Of a stretch of DNA of 64,000 nucleotides, positions 1 to 9,924 are shown in pieces; the first letter of the stretch is position 1, and the number at the start of each line of letters is the position of its first letter. Under the pieces are notes generated by a model. That model was not told the origin of the DNA. It did not search any database and saw nothing but the letters and a program-made list of their open reading frames with translations. Source of the DNA: Kiritimatiellia bacterium (GTDB lineage Bacteria; Verrucomicrobiota; Kiritimatiellia; JAAZAB01); contig JAXGPF010000007.1 of assembly GCA_040767085.1 (NCBI GenBank), forward strand, positions 64,001 to 128,000, read 5' to 3'. The translations under genes were made by a program, and so were the position numbers.

Positions 1-552
1 TGCATCCATGGAGAACTGCTGGCGGGCCGCGCCTGGGGCGCGGGCGATTACCAGCCCGATCCCCTGCCGCCGCGCATCACCGACACGCGCATGGACCCGG
101 TGATCCACGATCTGTTCCAGCGGTGCGCCGTGGAATACGAGCGGTTTCACCCCTACCGCGAGCAGTTGTTGGGCGCGGTTTTCAAGGAAATCTGGCTGCG
201 CCTGGCCGGTTACTGGCAGCGGCCGCAAGGCCGGCGGCCAACGCTCCGCACGGCCGGGATGGCCGCCTATGTGCGCGCCAACCTTCACCGCCCGCTTTCA
301 CGCCGGGACCTGGCCGGGCAATTCCACCTCACCCCCGAACACGTCAACGCGCTCTTCCGCCGCGAGCTGGGCACCACGCCCGGGGCCTTCATCCAGTGGG
401 AACGCATCCGCCTGGCCTATCGCCTGCTGAGCGATGACGGCTTAAGCGTCAAGGAGGCGGCCGGGCGCACCGGCTTCAACGACCAGTTCCATTTTTCGCG
501 GGTATTCAAGCGGTTCACCGGCCACCCGCCCAGCCAAATCCGCAGCCGCTGA
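1..552 (+). CDS. AraC-family transcriptional regulator (5'-truncated by the window edge)
   Basis: Frame is open from base 1. C-terminal double HTH: LSRRDLAGQFHLTPEHVNALFRRELG...LSVKEAAGRTGFNDQFHFSRVFKRFTGHPPSQIR. Confidence 0.92.
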   Translation, partial: CIHGELLAGRAWGAGDYQPDPLPPRITDTRMDPVIHDLFQRCAVEYERFHPYREQLLGAVFKEIWLRLAGYWQRPQGRRPTLRTAGMAAYVRANLHRPLSRRDLAGQFHLTPEHVNALFRRELGTTPGAFIQWERIRLAYRLLSDDGLSVKEAAGRTGFNDQFHFSRVFKRFTGHPPSQIRSR

Positions 553-555
553 AAC

Positions 556-1677
556 TTACGCCAGGCCGAACATCTTTTCCTTCAGGTCCAGGTAGTAAAG
601 GTAATCCTCCGGCTTGACATCCGGCGGGCAGCGGTGGTCGCAGAAAGGAATGTAGCCGCCGCGTTCCACCAGCGGGGCTACGCTTTCCAGGTAGGTCTTG
701 ATCGCCCTGGGCCCCTTGCGCAGTTCCAGCTTGTCCACCCCGCCCATGATGCGCAGATCCCTGCCGTATTCCCGCAAAAGTGCGGCCGGATGCACGCAAC
801 TGTTGACTTCATACGGGAACAGGCAATTGATGCCCGCCTTGAGAAAGCCCGGCAGCAACGGCCGCACATCGCCGTCGCAATCCGTGTACCAGAGGTCAAT
901 GCCCGCCGCATGCAGCTTGCGGCCGATGCGTTCGTAGCGCGGCACAACCACCTTTTGGAAAAAATCCAGGGAGATGATGGGTCCGTTCTTAAAACAAATA
1001 TCCTCCCAGCCGGAGGCGTAATCAAATTTGAAATGCGGCAGCAGCCAATCCAGCGACTGCTCCACCAGTTCGCAGCAGCGCTCGACCATGTCCTCCACCA
1101 TGTCGGGATAATCGTAACAGGCGTAAGCCAATCCCTCGAACGTCAGCATGCAGCGGATGCGCCCGATCATGGACCCGCAATGGATCCCCAGGGGATAATC
1201 TCGGGTCGGGGGATGCCGGCGCTGCAAATCCGCGATATCCGGCCGGCGTTGCGGCGAATCCAGGCGCATGCGCTCTTCCTTCACCCGCCGCCAGTCGTCC
1301 GGCGTCACTACGGAGGATTTCAAGTAATGCGGGATGGTGTCATGGCCGTCCTTCGGCACTTCCGCCAGCAAGCCATCGCCATTCATCATGATCTTCACAT
1401 CGTCATGCTCTTCGACCACGCGCGACTCAAATGCCGGCAACAACCAAAGCGGAGGCGCAATGACGGTAATCCGGTCAAAACTGAAGAAGCGATCGGCCTC
1501 CGTGTTGTTCTTGATGCCGTTTTTGACAAACAGCGGCCATTCCTGGAAATTTTCCTGCCAATAGCCGAATTCCATGTTAAAACAGCGGTCCACCGGTTGA
1601 TAGTGCATCTGTCGGTTAAACCGCTCGCGATCGGTCATGGCGCCTTTCCACTTTTGCCGGCATGGTACAATAGCCAT
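556..1677 (-). CDS. Uroporphyrinogen decarboxylase / MtaA-CmuA methyltransferase-like family protein
   Basis: MTDRERF N-terminus, WEDICFKNGPIIS, DCDGDV, GGVDK, GGYIPFCDH motifs. Start uncertain (1677 or 1638). Confidence 0.85.
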   Translation of the reverse strand: MAIVPCRQKWKGAMTDRERFNRQMHYQPVDRCFNMEFGYWQENFQEWPLFVKNGIKNNTEADRFFSFDRITVIAPPLWLLPAFESRVVEEHDDVKIMMNGDGLLAEVPKDGHDTIPHYLKSSVVTPDDWRRVKEERMRLDSPQRRPDIADLQRRHPPTRDYPLGIHCGSMIGRIRCMLTFEGLAYACYDYPDMVEDMVERCCELVEQSLDWLLPHFKFDYASGWEDICFKNGPIISLDFFQKVVVPRYERIGRKLHAAGIDLWYTDCDGDVRPLLPGFLKAGINCLFPYEVNSCVHPAALLREYGRDLRIMGGVDKLELRKGPRAIKTYLESVAPLVERGGYIPFCDHRCPPDVKPEDYLYYLDLKEKMFGLA

Positions 1678-1989
1678 AACTACGCCTTTCGATATGCACG
1701 ATTGTGAAACAGACATCGGCGCGCCAGCACTGGCGCACTATGGAAAACGCTATACTCTTGCAGATTTTTCAGCAATCCGCCATGGACGGGCAGCGGAATT
1801 ACATGCACAGGAATAAGATTGCCATTAGATTCAATTTCAAAAGTCGTCCCCTGCCGCTTTGCGTGGCAGGATCGGAAGGTTAATCCTTTTATAACAACGC
1901 TGCATTATGACAGAAAATCACGCCGGACGCAATCGCACACACGCCGAATTTTGCTTTCAATCAGCTTTGAATCGACTATATTGCATGGC

Positions 1990-3321
1990 ATGCATGATTT
2001 TACCCGTAATGCGTCCTATGCCCGGTTATTCGCCTATTTTTTTCCGCTGGCGTTGTACGTTGTCATGCAGTCCCTGACCTACCCGCTGGTGGCCATCGTG
2101 GCCGCGCGCGGCGCCGGCGGAGCCCTGAACACGGCCGGCCTGGCGCAATGTTCGGCAATTATCGGCCTGTTATGGGCCCTGGGCAACGGGCTCATCACCG
2201 GCGGCATGGTTTACGCCCGGACCCGCTCCGGTTATCGCCGTTTCCGTGAGGTCAACCGCTGGATTTTCGCCTGCATGGCGCTGTTTTACCTGATCATGGT
2301 CACCCCGCCAGTCAGCCGTTTCCTTTTCAATGTCCTGCTGGGATTGCCGCCTTCGGTAGCCGCGCCGGCCAAGCGGGCCCTGCTTTTCTCGTTTCCCATG
2401 ACCGCGATGTTTTTTCTGCGCACGCCCTACGCGGTGATGATGTTCATCCGCGGCGCCAGCAACCAGGTTTTTCTGACCGGCGTCGTGAGGATTTTGCTGA
2501 CGCTTCTCTTGACGGCGTTTTTCTGCTGGGTCGGCGCGGCGGGTATATTCTGGGCGGTTTTCTGCATGACCGTGGCCGTCGGCGTGGAAACGCTTTTCCT
2601 ACGCCATTTCGCCGCCCGCCATGCGTGGTGTCTGCCCGCGGGCGATGCCCCGCCCCGCCGGCGCGAGATTCTTTCCTTTTCCATGACCTTGTCCGTGGGC
2701 AGCGCCATGCTTTCCCTCTCGGGGTTCATGATCGGCGCCTTCATCGCCCGCGCGCCCAGCCCGGAACAGATGCTGCCGGTATATTACCTGGTTTTTGCAG
2801 CGGTCTCCACCCTGGCCAGCGGCGCGGTCCGCATTCAAACCATGACCCTGGCCTTCTATGGACAATCCAAGGAAGCCAACCGGCGGATATTGATTTTCAC
2901 CCTGGCCGCGGGCATCGCCATGGGGCTTTCCCACTTGATCCTGCTGTATCCGTATCTGTTGAACTGGTATTATGTCGGCATGCAAAACCTGCAGCCGTCG
3001 GATTTGCCGCTGGTGAAAATCACTTCCCTGGCCATGATTCTCTTTGCGCCAGCCGTGGCCCTGCGCTCTTACGCGGAAGGGCTGGCGGCCTATCACAAGA
3101 AGCCGATGATCGTGCTGACGGGCCAGGCGGTTTACCTGGCCATGGTCGGCGTCGTCGCCTTTTTCGCCTTGAATATCCGCGTGCCCGGCAACCTGATCGG
3201 CCCCCTGGCATTGTTCGTCGCCAACACGCTGGGCGCCCTGGCCATCCTGCACGCCATGCGCTGGGAACGCCGGCCGGACCTGCCGGTGCCGGAAACCAAT
3301 CTCGCTCAAAACCTGCGCTGA
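1990..3321 (+). CDS. Multi-pass membrane transporter (MATE/MOP-like, ANKH-like)
   Basis: About 12 hydrophobic segments in two halves, FFPLAL start. ATG at 1990 chosen over the ORF-track start at 1819. Confidence 0.7.
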   Translation: MHDFTRNASYARLFAYFFPLALYVVMQSLTYPLVAIVAARGAGGALNTAGLAQCSAIIGLLWALGNGLITGGMVYARTRSGYRRFREVNRWIFACMALFYLIMVTPPVSRFLFNVLLGLPPSVAAPAKRALLFSFPMTAMFFLRTPYAVMMFIRGASNQVFLTGVVRILLTLLLTAFFCWVGAAGIFWAVFCMTVAVGVETLFLRHFAARHAWCLPAGDAPPRRREILSFSMTLSVGSAMLSLSGFMIGAFIARAPSPEQMLPVYYLVFAAVSTLASGAVRIQTMTLAFYGQSKEANRRILIFTLAAGIAMGLSHLILLYPYLLNWYYVGMQNLQPSDLPLVKITSLAMILFAPAVALRSYAEGLAAYHKKPMIVLTGQAVYLAMVGVVAFFALNIRVPGNLIGPLALFVANTLGALAILHAMRWERRPDLPVPETNLAQNLR

Positions 3322-3347
3322 AGCCGCCGGGAGGCGCCCGCGAAATT

Positions 3348-4064
3348 ATGATGACCGCGACACATTTTCAAATCCGCCGCAGCGCAACAGGCATGTTGCT
3401 CGCGCTGCTTGGCCTCGCCGCGCGGCTGGCGCCCGGCGCGGGCGCGGCACCCTTCGCCGCGCTGGACCCGCCCGCCTCTCCGGCCGGCTACCTGGCCCGC
3501 CTGCTGATCAACGAGATCCCTTTCCCCGGTGAAAAAGGATATGTCAGCGAGGCGAACACCAAGGCCGCCATGGAAGCCGTGCTATGGGTGGTGCATGGCC
3601 GGTTGCATTTAATCCCGCCAGGCTACACCCAGGTGGAAATCGCCGCCGTACGGGCGCGCGACGTGATTGACGTTATCACCGCCGGCGGTCCAAAAGGCCA
3701 GTGTGACGGGTTTCACCGCGACAAGCATGGGAACCCCGCCACGGTCCCGCGGGTGGAAGAGCGCGTGCAATATCTTTTAAAAATCGCCAACCGCGGCCAG
3801 GCGCCCGGGCGTTTCAGCGTCTTGCTGAATTACGCGCAAAACCTGGCGCGCGATTACCTGGCCGATGGCATTGCCGTCCTGGACCGCTACGCGAACCTCC
3901 GCCGCATCGGATCCTATCCTGTGACCGGGCGCGCGTACAGTTGGATGACTGACCGCAGTTTTTACAATCCCGGCGGCAATTTCATCGCCATTCCGAACGA
4001 AAAACAGGGCGTGCTGGGCGGCAACCGGTTTTACACGCTGCGGGACAAGGAAATGAAACGCTGA
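3348..4064 (+). CDS. Secreted hypothetical protein, possibly a divergent SleB/Hydrolase_2 cell-wall hydrolase
   Basis: Signal peptide. LARLLINE..PGE...AMEAVLWVVHGR and terminal GGNRFY resemble the SleB LAR..aE..GE..AV..V..NR / GxHxFY pattern. Confidence 0.55.
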   Translation: MMTATHFQIRRSATGMLLALLGLAARLAPGAGAAPFAALDPPASPAGYLARLLINEIPFPGEKGYVSEANTKAAMEAVLWVVHGRLHLIPPGYTQVEIAAVRARDVIDVITAGGPKGQCDGFHRDKHGNPATVPRVEERVQYLLKIANRGQAPGRFSVLLNYAQNLARDYLADGIAVLDRYANLRRIGSYPVTGRAYSWMTDRSFYNPGGNFIAIPNEKQGVLGGNRFYTLRDKEMKR

Positions 4065-4133
4065 TTCATATTGACTGCGGCGATCTGCCGACGGTGTCGA
4101 AGGCGCAGGGGCGCCGGCACATCCCAAAAGCCC

Positions 4134-5489
4134 TCATCGCAGGCTGAATATTACCCCGTCGGGAATATGCTCATAGCACCCCATATCCACTCTGCCCGAA
4201 AACCTGTCCACGCGCCGAAGACCGCTAACATCCACATCCTGCGCCATCCAGGGATAATTTGAGCCGGTATTGACACAGGGGGAGCCTTTCTGCAGGCGGT
4301 AATCCGGATTGGCCGGGTCCGGATTGACAAACAGCGGGTAATTGGTGGTATTGCCTGAGCCCTGAATCGGGCCGTAACCGTCCAAATCCGTGGCGCAACA
4401 ATTTGTTAACCAGGTAAAGCTTTGTGATAGATATAGAAACATTCGCAAATTGGCGCCTTGGCTGGCCGCATTGGAAGAGATAATCGTGTTGCGGACAAAC
4501 ATGCCGTCAGCTACACTCTGGGCAACAAAAGCAATCCCGCCGCCGCGCTCTGCGCGGTTACTGACAATTGTGCACGACTCGATCAAACCGAACCTGTTGA
4601 CATAGATGCCGCCGCCATACTCGGGAGATGTCATATTATTCATAATCAGGCAATTGCGGACTTCGCCGCCGCGATACTGGTATATCCCTCCGCCGCCCTG
4701 CGCGCCGGAAGACACATTCCCGTCAAGGATCGAGTTGCAGAGAACGGCATTCGTCCGCAAATTCACCCCGCCGCCGTTGTTGGTCGCAATGTTATGCGCT
4801 ATATAGCAGCCGCTGATCATGCCGCCATTGCCCTCAATTGTTATTCCGCCGCCGCTGTCCGAAACAGTATTGCTGACGATTTCGCTGTCCAGAATCACCG
4901 CATTGCCGCCGACGGAAACTCCGCCGCCGTGGCCATTGGTAACGACATTCCACCTGACCATGCAATTTGATGCCAGGGCGTCGTAGGCGAGGTAAAGGCC
5001 CCCGCCGTAATTGCTGGCGGAACAGTGCTCTATGATGCAATTCGCGATCAAGCCGTTTGTCACACGCACGCCGCCGCCTTGATAATGATCATACACGCAA
5101 TTGGAAATGGTGAATCCGGACACAACTGCGCCGGCGCGGCCGATAACCAGTCCCCGCTGGCGGTAAACGGGATAATTGCCGTCCAGAACGGTCATCTCCG
5201 CTCCGGCCGCGCTTTCCAATGCCAAAACTTTACAATTCGTAATCGTGGCATCCAACACATAGCGGCCCGGGCCGACCAGTATCCGGTCGCCATTATCATC
5301 CGCCGCATTCTCCACGGCGTTGCTGATTGTCAAATATGCGTCCGCCCATCCGTTAGTTCCTGAGTGCTCCGTATCACTGCCGTTAGTGGCCACGAACCAG
5401 GTAGTTTGCGCCGGCGCGGTTGCGCACCCGATCGAAACCACGCTCAGTAAACACAGCGCCAGCCGTTGGCAGTAATGATAACGATACAT
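4134..5489 (-). CDS. Secreted right-handed parallel beta-helix protein with choice-of-anchor-Q-like end
   Basis: Signal peptide, repeated GGG(V/I)/NC.I..N motifs, DYRLQKGSPCVNTG...VDMGCYE, terminal IPDGVIFSLR. Confidence 0.85.
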   Translation of the reverse strand: MYRYHYCQRLALCLLSVVSIGCATAPAQTTWFVATNGSDTEHSGTNGWADAYLTISNAVENAADDNGDRILVGPGRYVLDATITNCKVLALESAAGAEMTVLDGNYPVYRQRGLVIGRAGAVVSGFTISNCVYDHYQGGGVRVTNGLIANCIIEHCSASNYGGGLYLAYDALASNCMVRWNVVTNGHGGGVSVGGNAVILDSEIVSNTVSDSGGGITIEGNGGMISGCYIAHNIATNNGGGVNLRTNAVLCNSILDGNVSSGAQGGGGIYQYRGGEVRNCLIMNNMTSPEYGGGIYVNRFGLIESCTIVSNRAERGGGIAFVAQSVADGMFVRNTIISSNAASQGANLRMFLYLSQSFTWLTNCCATDLDGYGPIQGSGNTTNYPLFVNPDPANPDYRLQKGSPCVNTGSNYPWMAQDVDVSGLRRVDRFSGRVDMGCYEHIPDGVIFSLR

Positions 5490-5692
5490 ATTGCACGCTC
5501 CTTGCCGATGCACTGAAGTAACGCGGCGCACTGGCCGCAACCTAATTTAACCGTTTTTAATACAACATATCTGCATTGTTGTCAAAATCATTCCGGCCAC
5601 CAGGGGACGGTGGGCGCCGTGAATATAATGTTGCCGATTTCACCGCGTGTCAGCCCGGTGGTATTCAGCATGTCAAACAAACCGCACCCGTA

Positions 5693-8600
5693 TCAATGAC
5701 ATTGATCGCGCAAAGCTTCATATTGCGGAAGAATCGTCACCGCTTTGCGGGCATATATTGCTTTATACGGATGCGCCAGGACTTCGAACGCGGCAAACAG
5801 TCCGCCTTGGAATTTTCGCAAATCTTCCGGCAAGTGAAACACGCCAGCCTTGGCAAATACATCCAGAATGCGTGCCACCCCGGCATCCGCGCCCGCTCCG
5901 TCAACAATCCGGGCCTGGCCGATTATGCACCAGCCCCAGTTGTAATCCTGCGCCAGAGCATCGTCGGCCGGGCCGGCCGCGCCGGCCGGCATGTGCTGAT
6001 TATCCCCGGTCGTATTTTGAATAACCAGCAAATTTTCCCCGGCTTTTAAAAAAGCCTGCGGCGCTTCAAATGTCAGCCAACCCCACTTGTTCTTCGCAAA
6101 TTCCACCGGTCCGTTGAAGATGCTGTTGCCATTGATCGTGATTTTAATTTCGGCTTTTTCTTTTTTATCGTTGTCCAACCCCTGCAAGCGCAGTTGGCTG
6201 CCGCCCAACGCCTGGTCCAGGCGGAAATACGCGCGCACGCGCGATTCCGGGGAACTTTGACGCCGCAAGACCACACCGGGATAGCCGGCATAGTTGGCAT
6301 AATACCGCCCTCCCACCCAAGCGCTTGCCGGTAACTCCCATCCGCCCTCCACGGGCTGCTGCAAGTATTTTTTCCGCGCCAAAGTTTCCGCCGGCGCCGC
6401 CAGGAACTCATCCACCCGGGGATCGACCGGCCATTTGCGCGGATCGCGTTCGATATCCAGGGCGCCGGCGCTGGCCTCAAACAGCCAATCCGGAAATGAC
6501 AATGTGCGAAAAGCCTTTTCCGCGCGCAACGCGCGCGCCAGGGCCACCAGTTCCGCCATCCGGCCGGCATGCGCTTCGAATTGATCCCGATCCAGGCTAT
6601 CGGCATGCGCCGCCTCAAGGTTCATCCAGGCCAGCAGCAATTTCAATCTTTCCGCCCGGATCATGGGCAGCATGTGATTGTTATCCTCCCGCGCCGCCTC
6701 TTCCGCCCGGCGTAAGAGCGCCAGCGCGGGTTCGGCATACTCCGCCGGCGCGCGCATCAGCCAGGGCATGGCAAGGCTGGAGTCATAATACCGGTTCCAG
6801 AGCGCCGGCGCCGCAATCGCCTGCTTCAGGAAGGCGTGCGCGCGTGTGAAGTAATCGCGCATGGGCGGCGCGGCTCCGCCGTACATTACCGGCATGATTT
6901 CATCAATCAGCGCCTCCACATCGGCGGCGGGGTCCCAGATCAGCCGGCCGGTGGTATAGATTGTGGTTTCAGGGAAATCGCCGCGCCAGCCGCAATGATA
7001 AAATCCGCGCAGGCCCTTATCCGCCGCCAATTTGATTTTTTCGGCATTCTCGTAAGTATTGACCGGGTACAGGAACAATGTCAGGTTTGTGCCGGTAAAT
7101 GCATTCCAGGCGTCCAGAAGCGCCAGGCCGCGCCGGTTCTGACGGCAAAACGTATCGCCCCATATTGGCCAGGACGACTTCCAAAGCGCATACTGCACGG
7201 CCACATTGGGATGCGGTTTTTCCCGGAGCGGAATGTCCTCCCGCTGCGCGGCATAGGCCATCACCAGCAGGCGCCGGTCGGGATATTTCGCCGGCATCTC
7301 CAAATTTTCCGCCACGGCATTGGCGTAGGCCACCAGCCGGTCGGTTAAGACCGCCGGATCAGCATCCAGCGCCCGGCATTTTTCACACTCGCACCAGCTC
7401 ATGCCGTCGCCCTGCCCAATGCTGAAATATTTCGCTTGCGGATAGGCCTCCATCAGCATGGCGATGCGCCCGGCAATGACCTGGTGCAATTCCGGGTTTG
7501 CCAGGCACAAGTTGATATATCCCGCCTTGTCGGCAAAACCATCGATACGCCGCCCTTTGACCATGGCGTAAAATTCCGGGTGGCGGCGGGCATACAGAAA
7601 CGGCGGCGCCAGAAATACGGGCGGATGCACCCACCCGCCGCTCCCGGGCGGCGAAGCCTTGGCGCTGTCCGCCACGCTGGATTCAGAGTACAGGTATCCA
7701 TATTTCCAGGGGTTGCGGGTCTGCACTCCGCTGCCGTCGGCCCATTCGAAGGCCGGATGCCGGGTAATATCCAAGGCCGAAATCGTCAAATCAGGATTGC
7801 GCACCACCGTGAACACACGCGGCGCGTAGAATTTTACGCCCAACTGCTCCGAAAGCTGCATGGCGCCGGCCAATACTCCGGCGTCATTGCCGCCGATCAC
7901 ATCCACACCGCCGGCGCCGGTAACAAGCCGGTATCCGTTGGCGCACGGCATTTTGTCCGGCGCCCGGAATTCACCCGGCCGGGATGCCGGGGCGGCTGGC
8001 AGCGGTTGCCGCAGGTTGACGATGTTGATATAACCGGCGCCGTCCGTATGCCCTTCCGCGCCCGCGAATACCGGCAACACCGCTCCGGACGCCAGATAGA
8101 TATTCACCCGCACTTCATGCGCCGCCAATTGTTCCGCCCAGTTCGGATCGGCCGGCAGCCGGATGCCGCGGATACGGCTCACACTGCCGCCCGCGTCCCA
8201 GCAGACTGTGCCGGACATATCCGCGGCGGGCGGCAAAACCGGAGTCACCCGCAAATTCTTGAGCGTGAGCCGGACGCCTGGCGGAATCGCGATTTTGATG
8301 TTGAAACCAAAATGATTCGTCCCGGCAACCAGCAGCTCGATATCCTCCCATGCGCCCGGCCGGCTGGTTGCAACCATATGGCTGTGTGCGCCGCCCATGC
8401 GCATGGTGAACGTGCATTGCCCGTTTTCCGCCTTAACCCGGCCGGCAAGTCGGTACCCGGGCGAAATATCGTTGCACATCTCCAGTTGCACCAGGGCCGC
8501 CGCCCCTGTAATGGTCATGCCTTCCGATGAAAAACGCGCAAACCCGCGGCCGGCATCGAGGAGGTTGGTGGTTGCATAATAAATCCAATCCCGCGGCCCT

Positions 8601-8722
8601 TGGCGGTCCAGTCCGGGCAGGAACTCCGGATTGCGCACCAGGTTGATTTCATATTCCGCCATGCCCGCCGCCAGATGCCCCGCCGCCAGGCACAGGCAAA
8701 CGATGCCGCTTAAAAAGCGCAT
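5693..8722 (-). CDS. Secreted DUF4838-domain protein (putative glycoside hydrolase)
   Basis: Signal peptide MRFLSGIVCL; HPEFYAMVKGRR, NLCLANPE, GDGMSWCECEKC, LVMAY, RLIWDP motifs. Confidence 0.75.
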   Translation of the reverse strand: MRFLSGIVCLCLAAGHLAAGMAEYEINLVRNPEFLPGLDRQGPRDWIYYATTNLLDAGRGFARFSSEGMTITGAAALVQLEMCNDISPGYRLAGRVKAENGQCTFTMRMGGAHSHMVATSRPGAWEDIELLVAGTNHFGFNIKIAIPPGVRLTLKNLRVTPVLPPAADMSGTVCWDAGGSVSRIRGIRLPADPNWAEQLAAHEVRVNIYLASGAVLPVFAGAEGHTDGAGYINIVNLRQPLPAAPASRPGEFRAPDKMPCANGYRLVTGAGGVDVIGGNDAGVLAGAMQLSEQLGVKFYAPRVFTVVRNPDLTISALDITRHPAFEWADGSGVQTRNPWKYGYLYSESSVADSAKASPPGSGGWVHPPVFLAPPFLYARRHPEFYAMVKGRRIDGFADKAGYINLCLANPELHQVIAGRIAMLMEAYPQAKYFSIGQGDGMSWCECEKCRALDADPAVLTDRLVAYANAVAENLEMPAKYPDRRLLVMAYAAQREDIPLREKPHPNVAVQYALWKSSWPIWGDTFCRQNRRGLALLDAWNAFTGTNLTLFLYPVNTYENAEKIKLAADKGLRGFYHCGWRGDFPETTIYTTGRLIWDPAADVEALIDEIMPVMYGGAAPPMRDYFTRAHAFLKQAIAAPALWNRYYDSSLAMPWLMRAPAEYAEPALALLRRAEEAAREDNNHMLPMIRAERLKLLLAWMNLEAAHADSLDRDQFEAHAGRMAELVALARALRAEKAFRTLSFPDWLFEASAGALDIERDPRKWPVDPRVDEFLAAPAETLARKKYLQQPVEGGWELPASAWVGGRYYANYAGYPGVVLRRQSSPESRVRAYFRLDQALGGSQLRLQGLDNDKKEKAEIKITINGNSIFNGPVEFAKNKWGWLTFEAPQAFLKAGENLLVIQNTTGDNQHMPAGAAGPADDALAQDYNWGWCIIGQARIVDGAGADAGVARILDVFAKAGVFHLPEDLRKFQGGLFAAFEVLAHPYKAIYARKAVTILPQYEALRDQCH

Positions 8723-8751
8723 GATATAACATCCTGCTTTGCCGTCCGTGA

Positions 8752-9900
8752 TCATGCTGGCGCATTCCACGGGTATTTGATCCGCGTAAGTTTTCCGCCC
8801 TGGCGCGCCGATTCGGCCGCGTATATTCCCGGCAAGGTCATCCGCAAGCCTTCCTTCAAACCGATCGGCGACGGCCCGCCTGCGCGGACGGCTTTGATGA
8901 AAGCATCCAGCATGGCGTAATCCGCACCGCCATGTCCGGCGGCGCGGGGATTGCCGGCATGCGCCAGGGGCATTTCCGCGATCGGCAATTCAATCCAGTT
9001 GTTGAACAATTTTAAATCCCTGGAATAAAACAAAGTCCGCTGGCTTTCCGCCGGTTCCTTGCGGAAGGTCCGGTAGGGCGGCGTGCGCTCGAAACAGCCC
9101 TTGGTGGTGAAAAAGCGATAGGCATGCCCGCATCCCATATAGTTGTTGATGAACGACACCAGCAGCCGCACCACGACGTTGCGCCTGGTTCGGAACAACG
9201 CGGCCATGACATCGTGCTGTCCCGGGACCTGGTTGATATGGCTGCCGGTGTCGAAACACGACACCCACGCCAATTCTTCTTCCAACACGCGCAAGACCGG
9301 CCCCAGGGAATGCGTGCAATAGCGGATCGGCTCGTAATCGGCGCGCCAGGGTGTTCGATCGAAATAATGGCGCAGGTCATGAATATAGGACGCTTCCACG
9401 TAAATCGGATCGCCGAACAGCCCCTTTTCCTTCAAATCCACGGCCGCATCCACAAATCCCCAGAAATTCGGATTGGCCCCCGCCATGTAAAACGCCTTGC
9501 TCCGCTTTTGGGCCGCCCATAATTTCTCAGCCTCCGCGGCGCTCAGCACAGCAGGAATTTCCGAAAGCACATGGACGTTGTTTTTCAACGCCATTGCGGC
9601 AAACTCCGCATGCAGCGTCGCCGGCGTGCCGATCAGCAGGGCGTCCAGGGATGCGCCGGCAAGCATCTTGCCGCAATCGGTGAAAGTTTTGATTTTGGGA
9701 AACACCTTGCGGGCGCTCGATAAAGACACGTTCGAGATGTCGCATACCGCCGCGGGCATGACCCCGTCGAAACTGCTGACCGCCTGCTGGAACAAGCCGC
9801 CGCCGCGGCCGCTGTTAAACCGCCCATGCGGCGACCCGAACCCTACCAACCCCAACCTGATAGATTTTGTTTTGCGCATTGTTTCCTGAGTCCTTATCAC
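8752..9900 (-). CDS. Gfo/Idh/MocA-family oxidoreductase
   Basis: Rossmann LGLVGFG, HVLSEIP, EASYIH, YCTHSLGP, GHGGADY. Confidence 0.9.
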   Translation of the reverse strand: MIRTQETMRKTKSIRLGLVGFGSPHGRFNSGRGGGLFQQAVSSFDGVMPAAVCDISNVSLSSARKVFPKIKTFTDCGKMLAGASLDALLIGTPATLHAEFAAMALKNNVHVLSEIPAVLSAAEAEKLWAAQKRSKAFYMAGANPNFWGFVDAAVDLKEKGLFGDPIYVEASYIHDLRHYFDRTPWRADYEPIRYCTHSLGPVLRVLEEELAWVSCFDTGSHINQVPGQHDVMAALFRTRRNVVVRLLVSFINNYMGCGHAYRFFTTKGCFERTPPYRTFRKEPAESQRTLFYSRDLKLFNNWIELPIAEMPLAHAGNPRAAGHGGADYAMLDAFIKAVRAGGPSPIGLKEGLRMTLPGIYAAESARQGGKLTRIKYPWNAPA

Positions 9901-9924
9901 ATGGCATGCCCAGCAGGCCTGGCC

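Noticed and set aside
5595-5620. Riboswitch around CCACCAGGGGACGGTGG
   Set aside because: Only a small hairpin; no further conserved aptamer elements were recognised.
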